Source of the DNA: Paraspadella gotoi
Lineage: Eukaryota; Animalia; Chaetognatha
Assembly (NCBI GenBank): GCA_051294375.1
Contig: CM119267.1
Location: 3,987,260-4,051,259, forward strand
Reading direction: 5' to 3'
Length of the DNA: 64,000 bases
Under the pieces are notes generated by a model, which searched no databases, was not told the origin of the DNA, and saw only the letters and a program-made list of their open reading frames with translations. Shown piece by piece: positions 56,101-64,000 of this stretch. The position numbers were made by a program, and so were the translations under genes. Positions within the stretch are counted from its first letter, which is position 1; each line of letters opens with the position of its first letter.

Positions 56101-59100
56101 AACTGCACCGACGCGGGCAACTCTGGTCGGTGTTCATGTCCCGCTGGATTCCAAGGGGTTCGTTGCGAGGACGAAACGCCCGTTTGCGATCGGAATCCCT
56201 GTCAAAATCGGGGAACATGCAAGTCAGTGGGACCGGGATTGTACATGTGCGAGTGTTGGCCGGGATATACTGGAACGAATTGCGAGATAGGTACGAATTG
56301 AACTGGAAAGCCTTAAGTTTAAAGGTATTTATTAGAAACAGTTCTGTTGATGAGTTCTTTTTTTTCTAGACGTTAAAGAATGCGCATCCAATCCTTGTAA
56401 AAATGGAGGCACTTGCAGGTATACTTTCTTTAACCGTTCGGTTCCAAGGACATATCTATAAAAATTAAAATTTGCATTATCTGTTTGTTGCAGGGAACCA
56501 CAACTCAATACATTCAAATGCGACTGCGTCACCGGTTATACCGGAACAACATGTGAACATGAAGTGAATCCTTGCTTAACTCTAAGACCCTGTTTGAATG
56601 GAGGAACTTGTTACAGAGACATAAGCAAAATGGAAGGTTACAGGTAAGATTTATGTACGTCGCTACGAATTACAGTATGAAAAACAAAATACCTTCAGAT
56701 GTCGCGGATGGCTGAACAGAAATCCGTAGTAAAAACAAAGTAGCACTTTTTTCAGTTAAAAATTATTATCATTAAATGACAATATCAAATTAATGACTTA
56801 ATTTATGCATTAACAAAAACGTTCAGGTGCGTTTGTCTGCCTGGCTTCACGGGCAAACAATGCGAATTGGACAAAGACGAATGCGCGCCAAATCCATGTT
56901 TGAATGGAGGAAAATGCACGGAGTCATTTGAGGGCGGTTACAGATGCACCTGCCCTTATCCTTATACAGGAAAAAATTGTCAAACAAGTAATATTAATAA
57001 TACAAATTACTCCGAAGATTCATTCCATTTACAATTTGATACTATTATTAAGCCAAAACTTCTTTTATTTATTCCATTAATAAAGTGCACAACATTTGCT
57101 TATCTAAATGCGTCAACGGAAAGTGCATTATCGAGGGAACGGACTACAAATGCATTTGCGATCCGGGATACACTGGTCAGTTTTAGAATCATGAAATTTA
57201 CACGCATAAATATCATACCATACCATGATACAAGATGCATCATTTTTTTTTGCGTTTTAGACATTAAAGGAAATTGAAGTAGGGTTAAATTTTAGGCGAA
57301 TTATTAATTTGTCAACGTTGTAATTCTTGCCTCTTTTCATTTTCCAATCATTTCCCAAAAAGGTCGGCACTGCGGCGTCGACATTGACGACTGCGACCCA
57401 TCTCCATGCGGCCCTAACGGCTTTTGTACGGATCTCATCAACGCCTACAAGTGCACTTGTCTTCAAGGTTATTCCGGCGCGATTGTAGCGTCAGGGATAA
57501 ATTCTGCGATCCTAACCCGTGCCTCAACGGCGCCAGTTGCGAAGAAACGCCGCTCTATCTGGCGCCCGGATTTATCTGCGTTTGTCCGGCCGGTTATACG
57601 GGGAAAAGATGCGATCAAAGTGAGCTCTAGTTCGGTATAGATTATTTGAGACATAAAAATATTTAATTACTCACCTTCCCCAACGTCTCAGCTCATCCCT
57701 TTTGCCGCGAGTGTCGCAACGGCGCTGTCTGCCAATTGACCCCAACTCCCACTTGCGTCTGTCGCTCCGGTTTCGAGGTCAGTTTTGCGAGAAAGAGATT
57801 CGTCAATGCGAACCAACCCTTGTCAAAATGGAGGAGTTTGCCGGACTGACTCTTCAAATGACATGGGGTTTAGTGTGAACGTCGAATATCTTAAAAAAAG
57901 TGAAGACTGATAACTTTTCGCCATTTTGAACAATGTGTTGTTTTTTTTTTAATATTTTCTCAGATGCGATTGCTTATCTTTCTGGCGCGGAACATTGTGC
58001 ACTGAATGGCGACCATGTCCAGATGTTTGCAAAAACGGTGCAAACTGCGTTACTTTGACAGTTGGAACGGTTACGGCTACAAATGCGAGTGTCCGGCAAT
58101 TGGAGCGGACCGAATTGCACGGACGGTTTGTTTTTTGGGTTTTTTTTGTTTTTTAAATTTCTGTACTACTCAATCCTTTCTCTTCAATTTCTTAAAATTA
58201 CAAAGTCACTGTCATCAGGTTTCCGGCCCTGCGACGCAAATCCATGCGTTAATGGTGGAACGTGCGTTGACGCGGAAGAAGAAACTTTGGGTTATAATGT
58301 CTCTGTCCCAAAGGTTATGATGGCGACCGATGCGAAAGAGGTAAAAAAAAAAATATTAATAAGGATTCACGAATCTACGAACTAAAGTGAAAAATGGTTT
58401 TAATCATCGCTAACTGTTCCAGTGACGGAGGTCTGTATTCCTAATCCTTGCCTTCATGGCGTTTGCTATCGCTGGGCGGCGGGGGAAGCTAAGTGCCTTT
58501 GTAACTTGGGATGGATTGGAAAATTTTGCGAGGAAGGTACGAAGTGAACAATTTCTTAAATAAACAGTTCTTGCGTTTGGTTTTTTCCTAATTTTTTTTT
58601 TTTTCCGGTAGACGAAAACGAATGTCAACCAAACCCTTGTAAAAACGGAGCGCGATGTGAAGAACTTCCCGCCGCATATGGAGGGGGTTTTCGATGCATC
58701 TGCCCTGCCAAATATCAGGGAACGATCTGCGATGAAGGTCGTTACAGAAGTTTAATGATGTAAGTTTATACACCAAGTAATGAAACTTAACTTTTGCAGA
58801 CAAGACGTTGTGCACCGTAAGATCATGTTTGAATGGTGGAAGCTGTTATGAAAAAGAAAACAGAATCGATGTCAGGTAAATGCAGAAGTTTTTTTATTTT
58901 AAGTTTCTGATGTTATTTATTTTAATCTTAGCAAAACCTTCGTAAATTGTTTTTAGGTGTGCGTGCCGAAAAGGTTTCACGGGGAAGCGGTGCGAAATAG
59001 ATATAAATGAATGTATGCCAAACCCGTGCCAAAATCAGGCCCAGTGTCAAGAGTCAACTCCGGGAAATTATATTTGTATTTGCCCAGATGGTTTAGGCGG

Positions 59101-61316
59101 TTGGAATTGTGACAAAGGTAAGGCCATTTAAAATGTTACAATTCCTCATCGTCGTTTTTAATTTTAAAACTGTTTACTTTCATTAGTCATGAGTCGATGT
59201 TACGAGAATAAATGCGCAAATGGCGCAACTTGCAGAGATGTCGCTTCGCGCCCAACTTACACGTGCGTCTGTCCTCCTGGGTGGACCGGCGCCCTCTGTG
59301 ATATCAGTAAATTCTTGAGTTTGATTTCTTTTTTTCATTGTAATAATTCTACAGCAAAATGCAATTTATATTGCTATTTTTTTCTCAAAGTCATCGACGT
59401 TTGTCTCTCCGCCGATTGCGGCCACGGAATTTGCGTAGCCACTGGAACTTCGTATCGATGCGAATGTGAAAATGGATGGTGTGGACCTCGGTGCTCGAGT
59501 AAACAAAATCCACTCTTAATTGTCTTGAAACAAAAATTATTAGGGTTTTTTTTTTTATTTGTTTTCTATCGTATCTTTCTGTTAAGCCGTCGGCCCTTGT
59601 GGAGAGTGTTTAAATGGTGGCACGCCTTATTCCAACTTAACCGGTCGAAGAGTTTGCGATTGCCCGATCGGTTTCACCGGAGCTTCGTGTGAAACTAAGG
59701 TCGATTTTTGTTACCGCAACAAATGTAACCGCGAGTACAACGCGACTCTTCGCTGTGAGAATCGAACCGAACTTAATACATACAAATGTATTTGCGCGCC
59801 AGGTAAAATTTAATTGTTAATTCATTAAATTAACCATGTTGTTGTAAATGTTACTTATTAAAACATTTCAGGATGGAAGGGAAGATTTTGCGAAGAAGAC
59901 ATAAAAGAATGTTGGCAAAATCCATCACCTTGCAAGCACGGAACTTGCACCAATTTGATTGGATCTTACGAATGCACCTGCGACTTAAGTACCTTCATAA
60001 TAAATAATCCAACTTAAAAATGATACGATGATAATGATTAAATATTTAAAAATTTTAGATCTAATACGAAAACCTGGTTGGATTGGCAAAAATTGTGACA
60101 TAAACGTCAACGAATGCTTGAATTCACCGTGTGAACAGGGTCTATGCGTCGACGTATTAGGCAACTTTAGATGTCAATGTTACGATGGCGCCGAGGGAGA
60201 ACTTTGCAATCGAGGTTTGTTTTTTTTTTTTAATTTTTAACTTTCACTTGTAAAAATAAAATTCCTCTCGAGCGAATCCGCATTGCAGTTACTGGCCAAT
60301 TTCTCGATTGCGGATGCGGCGAAAGCGTTTGGCACCTTGCTGCCATCATCATCGGATACCTCGTAGGATTGCTGCTCATGTTCCTGATGGCGGCAATGGT
60401 TTGGTACGGAATTTCGCTTGAACCTCGACGAGCGCCCTCCGCCGGCGATTCCGCGCTTTTCTATGAGGACGAATACGCACGAGCGGCGGCCGGTGCTTAC
60501 GCCCAGGACGAATTCTACGGGGGTTACCAGGGAATTGGCACCATGAGTACAATGTACGGAGATCACACGCTGCAGAGGCGTCGCGTCGACAACGCTTACA
60601 GCAGCGAATTCTATCCCGCCGGCGGCAATCAACTTCCATACAGCGTCCCCGGTTCAGGCACCTTGGGGCGCCGAACTATTTGCAGCGCCTCTACTATGGG
60701 GAACGGCGCCACGCTTCCCAAGGTGGTCGTCACTCCGGCCGGAAATTTACGACAGCGAGGTAACAGCGTCGCGGTTGCAACGTCGACGCTGCCCAAGTCT
60801 GGATCGGCCGTGGCGACCGCGACCGTCTCTGCAGACGTGGCTCATCTGGAGAACGACGACGCGCACAAAGCCATCGCTGATTGGGTCATTCACTCCTCGA
60901 CGCAACGATTGGCAGAGGATAACGACAACAATGATTCCAACAACGAGGACGTAGGAATGTTGAATCTCGGCGAAGAACCTCCTCCTATGATGGGCGTGTC
61001 CTCTAGTTATTCCAAGACTTTCACGATGGAACAAACCATCGATGGAGATCGAGGAAGGGGTCAGAAATCGAACGTTTACAGGATTAAAACCCCCGAGGAT
61101 GGGTCCGTCAAAATTACGACCCCTGACGGTGCCGTCAAGTTAAACGCTGACGGAAGAAATACGCTGGGAAAACCTCATGGAAACGACGGCGCTGAAGCGA
61201 TGGCGATGATGAGAAATGGAGAGATGCCATCAATGGTGGGCAATGGAGATAACATGAGATTCTCCTCGCAACAAACGACGTCATTCTCTTACGAATACAT
61301 GATGGATAAACAATGA
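46610..61316 (+). CDS. Delta/Serrate-like (DSL) type I membrane protein: signal peptide, MNNL/C2, DSL, 2 EGF, ~9 FN3, ~23 EGF, TM, ~295-aa cytoplasmic tail
   Basis: Signal [19 protein letters not shown] (46610-46666); MNNL-like CSIFLYFC and NPLTYDF; [19 protein letters not shown]...C...GIKRCRDGY...C (from 48270); FN3 motifs (W...Y...L.P.T.Y..RV.A.N..G) over 49438-55872; EGF repeats over 55880-60213; [28 protein letters not shown] near 60340-60415. Several 1-bp frameshifts. Confidence 0.85.
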
Positions 61317-63089
61317 TGTTAAACGCACGAGAACAAAAAAATTAAGTAGGCTTTATAACTTACGCTTCAATCATTTTAATTGTCATTTTAATTCTATATA
61401 TATATGACAAGTGATACGCTTTGAATAATTCAATTTTACATTCATTATAATTTATATTTTACATATACTCTGTACTTTTTTGCACTCAAGATGATCTTTT
61501 TTATAATATAATTATAGTACAACGTTCCAGAGCGTTGTGTATGAACAGGGTTCAGTTAGCTAATTGGGGCTCCTGAGGCAAGATGAGGTTCTCAGTGAAA
61601 AAAATGTAAGATAGATTTTTGCTCAGACAACGAATAATCATAGAAGTACTGAAATATTTAAAAAATATTTCTTCGGTATGAAATAATCGTTGCTAGCTTG
61701 TTTATTAGGTTTAAGATGAGAATCCAATGATCGACGTTGGCAGCACTATAGAGTCACATAAGTTGACGTCGAAGTTTTGACGTCGTTGATTGGATGATCA
61801 TTCCATCGTCACAAATTTCGATTGGTCAATCTCTTTAGTCAGTGCCAAAATGTCAGCTTTGTCATTCTCACCTTGTATTTACATTAAACCCCTTAAATTT
61901 TATTTTCTATGCCATATTTATTTATATTCAATATTAACGGTTCAACATTTATCTTCTTCAATATTTTCTTCAATATTTTCGGGTTATATTCCGTCAATTT
62001 TGTTTTTTATGAAAGAAAATAGAAAAGGACAACAATTTTTTATATGTTCTCGAGAATGAAAAGTAAAGCAATTGTAAGAGACAAATGTCGTTACACTTCT
62101 TTTACCCCAATTCATTTATGGGCGCTTCAAAGGAGAACGCAACAAAGCTCTCCAGTCTCCAGACCAGTCAACACTCGTCATCCATATCTTTACTAAGGTC
62201 AATGTCCAACTACCCGGTACCTTCGTCTAACTATTCTCTTTACTTGGCTGGGAGGCGAAAAGAGGATCTTTGAACTAAGTGGTCGTCGGGAATTTACGAA
62301 CGCGAACTTACTGGACAGGCTCACTCCATTGTCTGTCTGTCTCTCTGTCCAAAGGGTGGTGGGGGAAGAACCGGGGAGAGCCCATTATTTAGATCCGTCT
62401 CCCATTAGTTGGGAAAAGTTTATCAATTTTATTTGCCCTTATCCAGTTTATTCTAATTTTCACCAATCAATAATCTGGACAAAAGTGATAAAGAACTTTG
62501 CTCGCAGTAATTGAGAACACGGAGTGGATGACGGTGGTACGTTTTTATTGAAAATTGATTTATTTTGATAATGATGTTTCTTAACATTTGACCGTTTTGC
62601 TTAATTTTGTCATTTTGTCGTTAAATAGCTTTATTTAATGAACTCAAGGACTGTTGTCTTGACTACCATTTGTATTATGGTGAAACTTATTAACCTGATG
62701 GTTCTTATCTCAAAGAAAATGTAAGGCCCAATTTGGTAGTCATTGAAGCAGTTTCTTGATGTTCATTATCAATTCTTTATTATGGTTCTGTATTTGGCGT
62801 TATATTGGGCCTTACATTTTCTTTGAGATGAGAACCAGTTTTGATCCTTAGCTTCTAATTCTAGATTTTTCTTGGTCATGCAAGACAATCTAATTGGAAG
62901 AAATTCAATTCTGCGTTCAAACTTGTACCATATAAACCCATTGATAAACACCATGGTCATTACTCGGCGAGATTGGCTCTCGCTTCATGAAAGAAATGGT
63001 AATTTTAAACATTATTCTTAAATTTAAAATTTAAACGATAATCCCGCCGCATTTTTCTCCTTAGCCCAATTCGGTCGCCTACATCCACC

Positions 63090-63834
63090 ATGAATCCATA
63101 TATCGGCCATGGTTTTTATCTCGGCACTCCGACCGCAACTCCAGCAGCCGGCTTCGTTCAGTCCTTAGCGGGAACGGGTTTTCCTGCGGCAAACGAGCAA
63201 CTGCAACAGAATTTGACGGTTACGCCTTCCCAGCATTTTCTTCCTCAGCCCGTTAATGGAGCTTTTCAGGCGCCTGCGTACGTTCAGCCCACGATTCCGC
63301 ACCCGTATGCAGTACAATCCTTTAGTCAGCCACCACCAAATATAGAGCAACCTTTGCACCAGCCGTTTCCGTCTCAAGATATCCCACAGCAGGGCGTAAG
63401 CCAATCGAGCTTTTCGCAGCCTCCTCCATGGAATATCCCGGCGACGGGTGTTGTGCATAGCCACCCGTCCCTCGGACAGCAAACTGAATTCGCTCAAAAC
63501 TCGCAAACGCAGAATCTACAACTGAGAGGGGCGTCTAAAGTCATTCCGTCTACTTACAAAGCCAGGGACCATGCTCCGACGACGAATAAAGGCTTCGCTT
63601 CTCGAAACCCTCGAGGTCTCCATGGAAACGGCGCCTCTAGAGCGGAAACGGCGCCCCCGCCAAAATTACGGCGCTTCGGGGACAAGGATTCTCACGGAAG
63701 CGGCTCGGTGTCCGGCGTCGAAACAGTCGACAAGGCGTCACCCATGAGCGAATTCGGAAACATGGGCGCCGCCGCGAGGAGCTTTTCCGCGGCTCCAGTC
63801 AAGTCAGGACCGGAAGCCGATGTTGGAGAATCTG
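63090..63834 (+). CDS. First coding exon of a Pro/Gln-rich protein; gene continues past the window end
   Basis: CCACCATG start context, ~248 open codons, donor G|gtacaa, next acceptor cctcag at 63901-63906. Confidence 0.6.
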
Positions 63835-64000
63835 GTACAATAGAAAAATATCTGATTTTTTTTCTTTCGTCAAGTGTTTCATAACTGGGGAACATTCTTT
63901 CCTCAGAAAACCAAGTTCGCCCGCCACGCGCTCCCGATTCCAACTCCTATCGGCGCCATCACGGTCTCGTGGTTTGGGATTCTCGCGCTCCCAATTCCGC

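Noticed and set aside
49500-59660. DSL/FN3/EGF gene as a pseudogene
   Set aside because: The frameshifts (about 49520, 57478, 57778, 57812, 58070-58100, 58295) are isolated small deletions, while cysteine spacing and splice sites are intact. This fits sequencing error better; raw reads would decide.

Overview
AT-rich, intron-rich animal genomic DNA with many (GA)n/(CT)n microsatellites. Scattered 1-bp indels in exons look like consensus errors. Five protein-coding loci are visible. (1) Minus strand, 620 to at least 17.5 kb, with probable 5' exons up to about 27 kb: one glycine-receptor-like Cys-loop anion channel gene built as a combinatorial cassette system. It has single shared exons 1-3, three alternative copies of the ligand-binding exon 4 (loops D/A/E), single shared exons 5-6, and three complete alternative 3' modules (end of loop C plus TM1-TM4, each with its own stop). 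This predicts at least 9 subunits from one gene, with candidate intronic RNA pairings placed where they could steer exon choice. (2) Minus 30.7-37.5 kb: a zinc-ribbon + ankyrin + two-RING protein with a Mind bomb-like C-terminus and a 15-nt microexon. (3) Minus 40.9-44.9 kb: an orphan of about 720 aa. (4) Plus 46.6-61.3 kb: a Delta/Serrate-like type I membrane protein (MNNL-DSL-EGF) with about 9 fibronectin type III domains inserted before about 23 further EGF repeats. (5) Plus 63.1 kb onward: the start of a P/Q-rich gene. The window also holds a minimal hammerhead ribozyme, two small dispersed repeat families and several mini/microsatellites. All gene models were derived by hand from splice signals, intron phase and family motifs; no database searches were run.
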